A DNA stretch of 64,000 bases, taken from NCBI RefSeq assembly GCF_002105155.1, contig NW_019029001.1:62001-126000 (forward strand), given 5' to 3'. Source of the DNA: Lobosporangium transversale. Taxonomy: Eukaryota. The notes under the pieces are model-generated. The model had not been told where the DNA came from and ran no database searches. It worked only from the letters and a program-made list of their open reading frames with translations. A program made the position numbers and the translations under genes. Positions 34,567-47,441 of this stretch are shown one piece after another; the stretch's first letter is position 1, and each line of letters opens with the position of its first letter.

Positions 34567-36582
34567 ATGCTGTCCACACAGCCACGATCTTTCGATGTAC
34601 TTGGCTCGTTCAAAGGCCTTTCTCTCGACTCTTCTACTTCTCATGTTAACAATGATAGCGATAATAACAACAGCACCAGCGATGGCGCCTTTCGTTCCAC
34701 TACTTCAACAAGATCAAAGATTTTACCCAAAGCATTCACGAGAGTTGCGAAGTTACAACCCAACAATAGTACAAGTCTCTTTGACAACAAACAAATCAAA
34801 ACCACAGAATCCAATTGTACTGCACGAAGAGACTCGGGCCATTGTGAAGACGCTAACGATAGCACTAATGCTTACCAGATCAGCAAAGGCCTTCAGCGCT
34901 TCAGACCAAGCTTACCCTCATTCAACAGCCAAGACTCGGACTATCTAGCTCTCCCTGCTCAACGTGACAGCAAAAAAATCACTTGCTCCTACTCGACTTT
35001 TACCAGAATCCCAAAATTGCCGAGTAATAACAGCAATAACACGATTATCCATACTGGCAGCCCTTGCAACAGCAGCAGCAGCTCCAATTTTGGCAGCAAT
35101 ACCAACAATGGCTATCATCATATCCTAAGCAGTTGCGACACTAAAAGTAATCACAACAAAAATAGTTTTGGCAGAGCCGCATCTGCTCTGTCTCTGTCGC
35201 TCTCACTTTCACCGCCACCATCGACAGTGCCTCCTCTTTCCTCTGCGTCCTCATGTTCTTCCGCTTCGACTTGCTCTCCCTCAGCTTCTTCACCGCCCAC
35301 ACGCTTTGTTTTCCCGACAAATGCAAATTGCAAGAACTGGTGGTTTGATACTGCTCTGGTAGAGACGCCACCTCAGCTGGAGGAAAGGTTTAATTTTGAT
35401 GGAAATCTAAGCTCAGGATCATATCGCTTACCCACGAGTACAGATATAAGGCCCTTTGATAGTCTCGACCACTATCCCACCCCATCTTGCTTAACTGATG
35501 GGCGCTCGCAATACAGTTCCATAAATCAGCATATCCCAACAACGTCACCATCATTACCAGAGAGCAAAGGACCATGCACTCTGGAGTTCCAGGGTCAACA
35601 ACAGCAGCAGATAAAGAGGAGAGAAAAAGAGGAGGAAGGGGAGGAGAGCAGACACCATTCTCTACCGCAGACCTCACACCAAGGATTTCAACAGATCAAA
35701 CCTAACACCAATACCAACACGTCTACAACACAAGCCCACTTCCTCAACCGGCCCCGAAACCCTTCCCCACCACCGGTTCTGACTGGGTTCTGCTCCCTCT
35801 CCAAGAATACCATCAAGAGCAGTGGAGAGCCTTCGCCTCAGGATTATTTGGGTGAAACTGACTTACCATATCCAATGCCTTCAACTCTTCAGGAGAGACA
35901 GGCGAGACAACGTAAGCGGGCGGAGCAGCTACGACAACTAAAGATCCGGGAAGAGCGCGAGGCAAGGGAGAACATTATCAATCATATCAAGAACAGCAGC
36001 GGGGGGCGCACATATGGAAGTCGTCGTTCAACATTGAGGGTGGGGTTGGGAATGCGCCGTAGGGGCGCTTCATTCAGCGCAGGAATGTACGGTATATACC
36101 CTCATTCGTACTCATGCACAGGAACTGGAACCTCATTCACTCCCGGTTCACCATCCTTGTCTCGTCCGCTCTCGATGTCGCTATCATCTTGGATGAGTGG
36201 TCACGATGATCAGAATACTCTTTATCATTTTGATCATCGCCAGCATGCGCTTCTCAAACGTTCACCATCCTCTCCAGTGAGGAGTATCAATTGCTTTAAT
36301 GACAACAGCATCAACAACATTCGAAGTAACGATAATAGCAATAATAATGAGCATAATGAAAATAATGAAAGTAGCTGTAACAAACCCAAGCCCAAAAACA
36401 AAAGTAACGGCGACATTCCCAGAAAACCTCGCATTTGCGTTGGATTCGACCTGCAGAGGACTAAAGTTTTTGAGTATGAGGTTGGTGAGGCATGGACCCC
36501 ATGCTCCAACTCTGCGCCGCCATCACCTACTGCTGTGCATAGTGCTGAAGGAGCACAGGGGTATTTTAGTCTCTACCGATGA
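34567..36582 (+). CDS. Ser/Asn-rich low-complexity hypothetical protein (671 aa)
   Basis: Long uninterrupted ORF with a short coiled coil (ERQARQRKRAEQLRQLKIREEREARE) and C-terminal RICVGFDLQRTKVFEY. Confidence 0.75.
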   Translation: MLSTQPRSFDVLGSFKGLSLDSSTSHVNNDSDNNNSTSDGAFRSTTSTRSKILPKAFTRVAKLQPNNSTSLFDNKQIKTTESNCTARRDSGHCEDANDSTNAYQISKGLQRFRPSLPSFNSQDSDYLALPAQRDSKKITCSYSTFTRIPKLPSNNSNNTIIHTGSPCNSSSSSNFGSNTNNGYHHILSSCDTKSNHNKNSFGRAASALSLSLSLSPPPSTVPPLSSASSCSSASTCSPSASSPPTRFVFPTNANCKNWWFDTALVETPPQLEERFNFDGNLSSGSYRLPTSTDIRPFDSLDHYPTPSCLTDGRSQYSSINQHIPTTSPSLPESKGPCTLEFQGQQQQQIKRREKEEEGEESRHHSLPQTSHQGFQQIKPNTNTNTSTTQAHFLNRPRNPSPPPVLTGFCSLSKNTIKSSGEPSPQDYLGETDLPYPMPSTLQERQARQRKRAEQLRQLKIREEREARENIINHIKNSSGGRTYGSRRSTLRVGLGMRRRGASFSAGMYGIYPHSYSCTGTGTSFTPGSPSLSRPLSMSLSSWMSGHDDQNTLYHFDHRQHALLKRSPSSPVRSINCFNDNSINNIRSNDNSNNNEHNENNESSCNKPKPKNKSNGDIPRKPRICVGFDLQRTKVFEYEVGEAWTPCSNSAPPSPTAVHSAEGAQGYFSLYR

Positions 36583-37087
36583 GGAAGCCAACATACTAAC
36601 TAATAAAATAAAAAGAAAAAGAAAAAAGAAAAAACCCTTTTCTATTACTCTAATTTATTCACTCTGCGTAATTCCACATGAGTTTGGGGTTTATGTAGAG
36701 ATAGTTGGGGATAAGATAAGAATGGGGTGATTTATCCTTCTCCGATATTTACTTGTGCATTTTTTGCTCTCACACTCCACAGTTGATCATTGGCTCGTGC
36801 GTAGGCAAGGGAATTACCTTACTTCTCCACATATTACACTGGGTGAATAAAATACAGACTTTCCTGCTACTCGTCTCAAACAAACATGCGCTATCTCAGT
36901 CCTCAGTTGTATCAAAGAAGTACCTCATTTATTTGTATTCCTTTTAATATGCAAGATGGTGTAATGGTGTATGAGTGGAATGGATAAATGCTATTACAAT
37001 GACAGTGACTTATAACAATAAGCCTCCTGGAGGGTATGCTACCACCTGCTCGTGATCTTCTCTTTTTTTTTTTTTTTTTTTTTATGT

Positions 37088-38993
37088 TCACACGACTGTC
37101 GCTTCGCTTTGAAGCATTCTCTGAACTAACTTCCTGCCTTTCTTCATGTGTGCCCAAAAGAGTAATCCCGCTGAAAGGATGCATACTAGTTGAAGCAGCG
37201 ACGCGACTTTAAAGCTATTATTATAGCAAGAGGGTCCCACACAAGTCATATGGCCATTCGTAGCATGGACATTGTCTGGTGCAGGAGGCATCTCTGTGAC
37301 AGCACGATCATAAAAGACTCCATAAATCTGATTCGCAATGAAAGGATTGGCGCCATTGAGGACCATGACCATGCCACAGGCTGTGCCGTAGTATCGATTT
37401 CCAAATAGATCTCGGACCATGGAGGCAAATAGGGCCCCTGTTGCACCATAAGTGGCGCCGATCAAAGCAGAACTGACAATCAGGCCTGTCAAAGACACGG
37501 CTGGGTTTGAGAACCCCATTATTAATAGAGGTACCAAGATAATGATTTCAGATCCGAAAAAGAAGATGGAGCGGGAGATACGATAGCGAGAAATGACCCA
37601 ATCTGAAAGAATACCCGAAGCGAGACGACCGAGGCAGTTACCAATCGAGATTAAGGTAACATGAGTGCCCGTCAAGGAAACCGCGCGAGCAGTTGCATTG
37701 GGATCAACTGGGTTCAAGATCGCATGAATGATTGAATCCACGTTATTGATGTATGAAAACCCTTGTTGGGAAACTTGAGCGATCACAAAAAACCAGAATG
37801 TAGACTGGAGGAGCAGCTCCCGAGGCTTCATATCAATCGTAGTTAAATAAGGGTTAAAGCTCTTGTTGGCCTTGAAGGGATCCGTTGTTGTTGTAGTAGT
37901 GCCCAAAGACATAGCAGCTGTGGTCGCATTAGGAGCTGCTTTGTCCAAGATACTATCACCCGGCAAATGATGATGTGTCGAGTCAGGGGCCCCAGGGAAA
38001 GCTTCTTCCTTATCGAGGGTAAGACTAGATTGATTCCAATTTTCGAGACGCAGTCCAGTGGGTACGCGGCCGTTATGCATTGAAGGCGTGAGAGTAGTGG
38101 TACGAGAAAGAGTTTGGACTGGGCGGGAGACAGAGGCCGTACCAGTAGTGTTAATATCAGTATCCTGCTTCTCAGGGTTTTCACTAACAATGGAACTTGA
38201 TGTGGAGTCGGAGTTCAGGATGTCGACAACTTCTTCAGGTTTTTTAATTTTCATCATTAAGATAGCACCAATCATATAAGTGGCGGTTGTAATGATGGTG
38301 AGGAATAGTAAGTAATTCTGCGTTGCTCTGGTGCCCTTGAGAACCGAAGTAGGGTCTGGAACCTCATCGTCACCCGAAAACAAATGGGTCTTGATCTGTG
38401 AAAAGAGTGTGGCAGAAAGACCAAAGAAGGCTAAGAGTACTCCAGACACTGTGCCTGAAGTGGCTGCAGAGAAATTGGCCATATTGGCAGCAAGTGCAGC
38501 CAAGTATCTTTTTTATTATTAAGAAAATAAAATAAAATAAAATAAATACAAATGAAGAAGTATTAGGATCTGGGTGTAAAAAATACAATAATGATAGTAA
38601 TAATAAAAACGCTTACCCGGCAGTGGAGGCAACACCAGCAAGGCAGTATAGAACCATGAGGAAGCCAAGGCCTCCCCATGCTTTGGCATAGGCGATATAC
38701 ATACCGCCATAACCCAGAAAAGTCAGAATCGAGGCAGTGATCATGGTCCAACGTTCCCCGTAGTGATCATAAATAGGGCCCACAATGAGAAAGCCAACAT
38801 ACATCGCCGTGTCGCCAATGGCAGCCAACAGGTTGATGTTGGAGGAGTTAAAACCAAACCGGGCCTTAAGGTCCATACCAAAAGATGCAAAGGAGAAGAG
38901 AGAACCAGACAAAGCCATGACCAGGATACCGATAGCCAAGGAGAGGTACCTGGTTGCCTTTTCGGACAAGAGTACATTGCCTTTATTGGACAT
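37088..38993 (-). CDS. MFS transporter, nodulin-like/Mch1-type (2 exons)
   Basis: Multiple hydrophobic helices. GPIYDHYGER, SIGNCLGRLASGILSD, DLFGNRYYG and C-terminal CVGPSCYNNSF. Intron at about 38616-38508. Confidence 0.88.
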
Positions 38994-40371
38994 TGTTTCT
39001 GAACAATTATTGTTGTTGCTGGAGTTGTAACGCTGTAAAAAAAAAAAAAAAAAAAAAATACGGAATGTTTGTGTTTGTTGACGAACAGAAATACACAGAC
39101 AGATCAACGGAAAGGTAAAGAGACGAGGTATGTAAAGGCTGTTTTGTAGCCAGTGGAGGACGATGTGATGCTAGGGATTATTTAAAGCAGGGTAAGATTA
39201 CCACGTAGGTGGTTGAGTAGCTGGCAAAGTAGAGCGAGAGGAAGTGTTAGGAAGTCAAGGAGAGGAATTGAAAAATATTGTGAAAACTGCTGCCCTTTAT
39301 ATACGTTTTTGAGAAATAGCCCTGATCCGCTTCCTTGTCCTGATTAAAAAGAATAAACGAATGGATATGGACCATGTTTGTATTGCATACAAGGTTAGAA
39401 GTGAGCAAGTAAGTGGTGAACTTGTTTGACACGACGTAAAGTTTTTGCATATAACCAACAAAGTTGACTCCTTTCTCAGATTGAATACCATAGGCTTAAT
39501 TCAATAGCATTCCATGGACGATCGTCGTTTTCCTTCTGTCTGGTTTGTCTGTGTATGAACTTGATGCAAACAATAGATCAAGCCCATGAAGAACGGGCGA
39601 AGTTCAGAAAATAAACCTTAATTTAATTCAATCGTATTCATTCCTTATATCATAAAAGTAAAGCGAACTCGTTTCCCATTCATTCTCCGCTACACCATCG
39701 CTTCCTCTTCCTTCTTTTGCGCGTACATGTATACTCAGCAATAACTTGGAGAGAGCAACCCCGAGGCAATGTGCTTACATCAAAAGAAAACACGAGAAAA
39801 AGTAAAAAAAGAGGGATCTGTACAGTACTGGGTTTCCTGTTTTTCATCTTTTTTGAGAATTTCGCCCATCCTTCTCTTCATTTCGTCATATTACTACAGG
39901 GATCTGTCAGCTTGTCCCTACGTCTACCTGAGCCACTGCTGCCCAACGTACCGCACACAATACGCTAAAACCTTAATTTAGCTCCGTCATCCTGTTCTTA
40001 CTCTTATTTTCACTTTTTATTCCCTAACATGCTCTAACTAATACGGGGGTACTTGAACGAGTCGAAGAAAGCATAAGGACCTCTTTATGCTATTGTTTTA
40101 AAATCTTATACGATACTTGGTATACCACTTATTTACTTATCCGTGTAGCATGTGGCCATCACTTATTGCAGAGCAATATTTATAATAAACTCACATTCGG
40201 AATGTAAGGTTGATCGTATTGTTAAAGCACTTTTCAGTTTTTTCACACCTTTTTTTGCGCCAATCAAATTACTCTCACGATCGTGTTACAAGCCACATTT
40301 AAAGCAACATGAATCGCAATTCATCTCGATGTTGCATAGCTCAAGTCGGCCTTCCGTGCAAAAGCTCATTC

Positions 40372-42684
40372 ATGGACCATCGAAAAGACTTGCAATGCCC
40401 ACAATGCCAAAGTACGGAAGCCTATGAAGAGCACGCCACTGGGGAAACTGTCTGTCATGTCTGTGGCCATGTCTTTGAAGATGGCATCATCTATACAGAA
40501 TTATCGACTACGGACACATCTGGGGAGCCTCAAAAGCAGCCTTATAGCCAGGGTACGGTTCGGGTTAATAGAACTGGCCAAACATATGGTTTTCTTTCGG
40601 ACTCTGCCCAACATCATCTCGGAGGCTATGGTTATGGATCTTTTACGCAAGATCGACGTCGACTTTATCGTGCAAAAAGATACGCTCAGATCAAAACATA
40701 TCTCTCGTTTGTAACGCGCCAGTGCGAATTGTCAGAAGCTCATATCAACAGAGCATTTTTTTTATGGAAGCAAGTCATGGCACTGATGCAGCTAAAATTC
40801 TGGACACGAGCAGCTCAAGGCGCGCTCGCTTGTCTGTACTTGGCTGTCAAGGAAGCCAAAAAGGGCATCTCGCTGGTCGAGATTGCTGTCAAGGCAGAGG
40901 AATCGCCTTACAAGGTTGGAGCACTATATAAGGCCATCAAGGGCATTCTCTTGGAAAATAGCATTCTAGAAGCTGGTAACGCCTGTTTCAATCTAGAGAA
41001 TGATCCCTGGTTGATGCTGCAAAGAATCATGAGCATCGGCACAACTGACTCGATCCAACGTGGTGACATGGAGAACTTGAGTCAGGAATTTCAGGACGTG
41101 TTGGGCGTGCACAGAAAGCCCGAGATGAAGAGAGCTTGTTTGCGAACTTTATTGGCAGCGGCCCAAAAATGCATGACAATCGCTACAGATTCTGGTCTGG
41201 CAACTGGGCGTCCTATTCCTGCACTAGTTGCAGCCTGTTTGATCATTGCAATCGAAGTACGTCTCATGGCCCCGAAATGTCCTGAAGAGCTATTTCATTT
41301 TGCGGCTATGTTATTCAGCACGTCACATTTTGCAGTTATGGCGCGATACAAAGAAGTGAGACAATGTATGCTCATCTGGGCACGTCGACTGCCATTTGTT
41401 GACAAGACTGACAAGATTAAGGACGCCAAGCTTGTGTTTTATATGGAAGATGTCCTCAAGTATTTTGGTCATTTGCAAGAACAAAATAAAAGGGTATGGG
41501 CTGCGTTGGATCATCAAGAGGGCAGCGAGGAGAGAGATGATGACGAAGATCGAGTGGGCCCTGGGGAAAATTTCATAGCAGAGGATTTAAGATTGGAGCA
41601 GCAAGACAATAGCCTTTGGACTCTTGATGACGAGGATATGGATGGTGATAAAGGAGTACCAAGTCTTAGTTTGAACAATGGTCAGCTGCGAGCAGCGACA
41701 GAGAGGCCTGCAGAAGCTCCTCTCCAGCACAATTCAACTCTATTAACAGAAGCAGCAATGCTGCGGGCCCTTCCTCCCGCATTTGTTAGCAGCGTAGAGC
41801 GTAGGAATAAGCGAATGCAAGAGATTCATGCGGCAAAACTACTGGTTAGCAGAGCCTCATTAACATCGTTCTCATCATTGTCTTCGCCGCCTTTATCATC
41901 AATATCGCCTCATGGCGATCAAAAAAGTACGCAGGATCTACCTTCACGTCGAAATCGGTTTCAAGAGCGTTTGAAGAAGCAACGAATAGAATGGATTCAG
42001 TTGCTACTCGAACATGGCTCACGAACTGAACAGGAACTTTTGGAAGCAACAGATAACACTCTTGCCTATTGGGTGAGCTCTATTAGCAATCGAAATTATA
42101 ATCCCCCACGGACCCATGAGCAACTGAACTCGGAGCAGCTAACATCCGAGGATCTGGATGAAGCTGAGTTCGAGCAATATTTGAGACCACGCTCGGATGC
42201 AAGTGCAGTGCTACGGGTTATGAGTAACATATATGATGAAGCAGAAAAAGCAAAGCAGAGAGGAATCATGCGACAAGAAGGGAAAGAGGCACGATCTAAG
42301 CGACGTGAGTTTCAGCGCCAGCAACAACAACAGCGTCAATGCCAGCAGGTGCAGTTAGGAATAAAAGCGACTGGAAAAAGAAAATTTATACCATTGCCTC
42401 CATCCAAAAAGAGATTACGATCGTGGAAGATTAACTTGGAGGCTTTGAGCGACCAAGAAGACGTTGATGGAGATAGTAGTAGGACCCGAAGAAAGGACAA
42501 GGAATACGAATCCATTGGAGGAAAGATTGATGAAGAAGGAAAAGGAGGAAAGGAGCAAGATCAGGATTTGAAAAATGATCTGAAAGAAAAGATTTTCGAA
42601 CACGATGATGGAGACAGATTCAGCGAGGAACATTGCGATTATGATGCTTGTGATGATTACCAAGACTATGAGGAGTATGATTAG
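40372..42684 (+). CDS. TFIIB-related factor, BRF2-like (Zn ribbon, two cyclin folds, pin and TBP-anchor-like motifs)
   Basis: CPQC..TGETVCHVCG zinc ribbon, ALACLYLAVK, GLATGRPIPALVAACL, LPPAF and EDLDEAEFEQYLRP. The ORF is open from 40309; the second ATG (MDHRKDLQC) is the preferred start. Confidence 0.8.
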   Translation: MDHRKDLQCPQCQSTEAYEEHATGETVCHVCGHVFEDGIIYTELSTTDTSGEPQKQPYSQGTVRVNRTGQTYGFLSDSAQHHLGGYGYGSFTQDRRRLYRAKRYAQIKTYLSFVTRQCELSEAHINRAFFLWKQVMALMQLKFWTRAAQGALACLYLAVKEAKKGISLVEIAVKAEESPYKVGALYKAIKGILLENSILEAGNACFNLENDPWLMLQRIMSIGTTDSIQRGDMENLSQEFQDVLGVHRKPEMKRACLRTLLAAAQKCMTIATDSGLATGRPIPALVAACLIIAIEVRLMAPKCPEELFHFAAMLFSTSHFAVMARYKEVRQCMLIWARRLPFVDKTDKIKDAKLVFYMEDVLKYFGHLQEQNKRVWAALDHQEGSEERDDDEDRVGPGENFIAEDLRLEQQDNSLWTLDDEDMDGDKGVPSLSLNNGQLRAATERPAEAPLQHNSTLLTEAAMLRALPPAFVSSVERRNKRMQEIHAAKLLVSRASLTSFSSLSSPPLSSISPHGDQKSTQDLPSRRNRFQERLKKQRIEWIQLLLEHGSRTEQELLEATDNTLAYWVSSISNRNYNPPRTHEQLNSEQLTSEDLDEAEFEQYLRPRSDASAVLRVMSNIYDEAEKAKQRGIMRQEGKEARSKRREFQRQQQQQRQCQQVQLGIKATGKRKFIPLPPSKKRLRSWKINLEALSDQEDVDGDSSRTRRKDKEYESIGGKIDEEGKGGKEQDQDLKNDLKEKIFEHDDGDRFSEEHCDYDACDDYQDYEEYD

Positions 42685-43535
42685 ATATATGACGTTGTGA
42701 TATAAAGACACAATTCTTAGAACATTAAATGGGTCAGTTTGCCCAAGTTATGAACGTATTCTCACGGGTCAAGGAACACGAATGAATAAGGACGCCTGTC
42801 TATTATATAAGCGTTTTTTATTTTATTTTTTTTAATAGTTTCACTTAAGACTTTAGGTAGCTAAACGAGTATGGCTATTTTAAAACATTTGTAATTGTTG
42901 CTCTCATTGCCAAGGGGTATGACTTAAAACCTTTCCGTCAGCTCTACCAGATCCATTATCTAATGAAATCGAAGAACCGACGCATTTGTCTCTGCCAAGG
43001 AAGTCGCGTTACACTGACTATGGTGTACTTCTTTGCACAGGCTTCAGATAACATTATAGCCATGGACGAGTTCTTGACAAATGCAGGAGTACTCTCAGGT
43101 ATTGTCGCAGGCAGGCTAATTGACAACCCGGCGATTGGTAGCAATAACATTGGAGCCAACAATCTCGCTTTCGATGGGCAGGATGTGGTAGAATAGGCTG
43201 GCTCTCCTATACTATAAAAACTGGTTCGGCATCGACCTTTTTTTTTTTATTTTCACGTAATATTTCTTGTGCAACAAACATTATTATTCGGTTGGTCCGA
43301 TTGTCTTCACGTGCCATTGTGTGCCCATGACAAAGGAGCACTTTTGCAACGTTCTGTGCTTCCTTAGGAGCCATCCTCATTCATCTGCTTCACATTCATT
43401 CACCTATTTATCCATTCATTTATCCATTCGAGTTACAGTACTTCATATTTCTTAGCTCATCCACATATCTTTTTTGCTCGAAATCCAAATAGCATTTATA
43501 ACGTATAGAAAAAGGGTGCTCCATCATATCACACA

Positions 43536-45208
43536 ATGCCCAGTGTGCAATCAAAGCTCTCGATATACCGCAAACTGATCCCTGCCAAATATGTCAACCG
43601 GATCGCACTGGAGCTACAGCGGACATTCTTGGTTGCATTGTCGTTACTCAAAGCCCATCGTCGCAAAGCAATATTACTATCATTGGGACCTGCAACAATA
43701 TTTAAATTTGTCACCGTAATGTTACCGATCATTAAATTGTTACCACCGACTGTCAAAGCTATCCGTGCCCTCAGCTACTTTAAATCCTCTAGCACAAATA
43801 ACGGTAATCGCAACAGAAGTAGCAGTAATAACAACAGTGGTGATGATGGCAGTAGAATCGTGGCAAATCGGGAAGCGAACACTACTGCAGCAGCAGCAGA
43901 AGGGTTGGGTTTGAGTATGGACGAACTGAGCGAGATTCTATGGACACCAGCAGAGGACACATACTGGGAACGGGTGAATGCGGTGGTTAGTCGATTTGGA
44001 TTGCACAGATTCTTGGGGATTTCGCTTGCAGGCGTTCGACCAGGACGAGTTGAAGTGATCATGCCCTTCAAGGCCGAAGTTTCGGGCGAAGGAGGCACAT
44101 TCCATGGCAAGTAAAATTAAAACAAACAAAATAAGAATAATGATACAGGACACAAAACGAGATACTCCTTATTATTACTTGCAGCATTGCAGTTTTTTAT
44201 CTCTAACTCACTTTTTTGACATATTAAACAGTAAGCCTGCTCCCGACACTTATTGCCATTACTAGTCAATTAACAGGAATGACCCTATTGCCACGACATT
44301 TTACACTCAAGCCTATCGATCTTAAATGCAACATTTTGTCAGATTGTGATGCTTCTACATACTTGCTTCTGGCTCGCGGAGCGGTGGTGGTACGAGGTGA
44401 ACACAGCATCACTATCAAAGTTGAAATCATGAAGGCCAGTGGACTGGTCCCAGGCTCGACAGAGATCATCTCCCCTTCACCTCGACCATCCATGCTTTCC
44501 TGGAAGAGCTGCCTCGGCGCTTCAACTACCAATACTTCGTCGGTGCCGATATCACCTGGCGGATTAGTTCCAGGGACATGTATTGAGCGTAGTAGGTTTG
44601 TTTTGTGTGCTTCAGGGATGCAGACTAGCGTCATCGTACGTGCAAGCATGGATCATAGTGACGAAGGAGAGTTTGAGAGCCAGCAATTGAAACGAGAGGA
44701 GGAACAGAAGTTTAATAGGCGAACATCCTCCATGTCTTCGACATCTACATTTGGTTCGCCAGCGGGTGGTATAGCAGACGAGGATGTGATTATACTTGGT
44801 GACAGTTTCCAGCCTACAACCAGCTTAAACTCCACAATAACAAGCGCAATGGCATCGAGTCGCAAAGCCTCTGCTCACAACAGCCAATCAACTACACCCC
44901 GACCTACATCACCAACAATTGCTGTGGCAAAGGATCACTCTCAACCAATGCGACTTACTAACTTAATGGATAGTAGCTCGTTCCAAATTGTGTCGCCATC
45001 TTCATCGTTCCTAGACGAGTCCAAGCATCCCGATCATGATATTCTTCAGCACCACCAACATACCACAATTTTGGCTGGATCAATCAGCAACAATAATAGT
45101 ACTATGCCCATGACTTATGCCGCTGCTGTCCGCCAGCAGCCTACTGGACTGGACAATCTCCATCAATATGAAGAGACAAGTGATACAGAAGCATGGCAGA
45201 AATCATAG
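43536..45208 (+). CDS. HotDog-fold (PaaI-like) thioesterase-domain protein with a Ser-rich tail (2 exons)
   Basis: FLGISLAGVRPGRVEVIMPFKAEVSGEGGTFH..LLPTLI..GMTLLP..IDLKCNIL..ARGAVVVRG. Intron at about 44108-44231. Confidence 0.6.
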
Positions 45209-45367
45209 CAGACCTTTAAGGCGTCGTAAAAAAAAAAAAAAAAACTTCAAAAGCAATGAGCTTAGAATTTCATTATGACAGTTATTCGTGAATCTTTTTT
45301 CTTATTATTTATTTCAGCCATGGAAATGTTAATGGAAAGTTCAGAACAGAAAAACCAGCTCCAATAT

Positions 45368-46824
45368 TTAGGAACGGGGCTTCTCCTTCTTCTCCTTCCA
45401 CAAAGCCAAGAGAGAGACACCAGAGACCTTAACGACCTTGAAACGGACACCGGGCAAATCTCCAACGCTGTTTTCGTCGGATGATAATAAAAATCAAGAA
45501 TGTTAAAGGGATGATTCGTAATAAATTAACTTAAACAGGAAAAGAAAAGAAAAGAAAAGAAAAGAGCTGATATTGGCAACTTACGCGTGGCCGGAACGAC
45601 CGAAACCAGCAATGAGGACTTCGTCGTTCTCATCGACAAAGTTCAAGCAACCATCGTTGGGGACGAAGGCAGTGATCTTCTTGCCGTTTTTGATGAGCTG
45701 GACACGGACGCACTTACGAATAGCAGAGTTGGGCTGCTTGGCCTCAACACCGCTATCAAATACAACAAGAAAAAAAAAATATGCTAGCGATAAGTCAAAA
45801 TGTCGACAATGCACGCTCCGCTTAAGTTTATGTCCTGTTTAGAGTGCCAAGAGAAGTTTCAAGAGATAGAAGTTGTTGAAAATCCATGTGATTAAGGGAC
45901 AAATTCCTGATTGTATAATGTACCAGAGTAATCGTATTTTTTTTTGGGCGAGTAGTTACTGATATGTCCAAAAGGTCTAGATTCCATCGCTATTTCTCGA
46001 TGTGATCCTGACAATGCGAGTCAATCCCGGCACCATTTATCGCTGAGAAAAGAAAAAAAAAAAACGATACGGCGTGGCGAATCCTAAAGATCATATAACT
46101 ATTTTCCTTTGTCCTCGAATCCCTGGATCATCTATATTCAAGAAAAACACAAATAATATAAAAGGAACCATACATCTTCTCAAGAACGATGCCCTTGGCA
46201 TGGGAGGAACCTCCGAAAGGGGAGAAACGGAAGGCCGTTCCGAGGGCCTGACGCTTGTAATGCTTATCAGCCCAGCGATTCTCACGGCGAGTGGTGCGGA
46301 GCTTGCGAGCGGCCTGAAGACCTCTTGGTTTACCTTTACCTGTTCACGTAAAGTCAACATGATACAAGTTGGAGAGAAAGTCAGCGTCGGATCTTTGCTT
46401 TTTTTTTTGTTGGTCTTCAATCTGATTAAATCACAAGTGATTAGCGTTTCAGTATTTGGTTGAAGGTCGAATTGGGCAGAAAATCCAGGTGTCTTTTTCC
46501 CCATGTGAAACGGTTGGATCAACGGATTTAAAGGTTCATCTAATGAGATTGTTTGATTTGCTGATGTCGATTCAAGGTCCCACAGCCAACTTTTAAATGG
46601 TTACTCCTCATCTGATCCTGAATCCAATAAAATCTGATGTCAAAAAATCCTTGAAGAGTTCCTGTTTAACAATATTGATAATAAGGATAGAGGGCACTTC
46701 TCCTGTTTCCAAATATCCAAATGGATGCATTCGTAGTGTGGACGACAATGGATGGATGTATATATCATAGTTGCCAGTGACTGTCTTGCGATTGGCTATT
46801 TCAGCAGCTAGCGTGCGTACCCAT
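45368..46824 (-). CDS. RPS23: 40S ribosomal protein S23 (uS12; 4 exons)
   Basis: ATG G|gtacg first exon, then [40 protein letters not shown] and [32 protein letters not shown]. Confidence 0.97.
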
Positions 46825-47441
46825 TTTGAAGTGATTGTAAGAGAGAGAGACCAGACGCAAGCTGCTAACCTAGCCAAATAATAATGATCCACTATCACGT
46901 GAATACATTTCGTAAGTGCATAAAAAGAATTGTGGGCAGCGCAAGTAACTGGGCGAAGCGCTTTTGATGTTCTCGCATTCGGAAACTAGAACGTTAACCA
47001 CTTGCCTTACAAAATAAGATTTTCATCTTTATAATAAGGAAAGCGCTTGCCCTTTTATCGACTCGACATTTGTATTTCGAGACAATCAAGCAACCAGGGT
47101 AGTAAACATCTTATCTCAAAGAGTACAAATGTAAACTTGAGGATCGTAGGATGCAATCGCAACAGTAATTTGCGATGACGGCGATATGACACGCTTCAAA
47201 TTTTTGCCTATTTGCGCTTGAAATTTTGTGCAAGGCGCAATTGTAAAGCGAGACCATTGTCGCAACTGGGTGCTTTTACTCATCTCTTCTATTCTCATTC
47301 TTCATTCACTATTTCAAATTTCCCGCGCCTTCATACGTTTCATTTCTTGCCATTCATTATTTCAAGCACACACTCATCCTTTAAAAATTGGCACTAGAGC
47401 TCTCAACCTAAGTATCTTTCTAACTTTCTAATAAAACCATA

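Noticed and set aside
46340..46820. Possible C/D snoRNA in the long first intron of RPS23 (ATGAGGA..ACCATTTAAAAGT)
   Set aside because: The rRNA complementarity is imperfect and there is no convincing D box.
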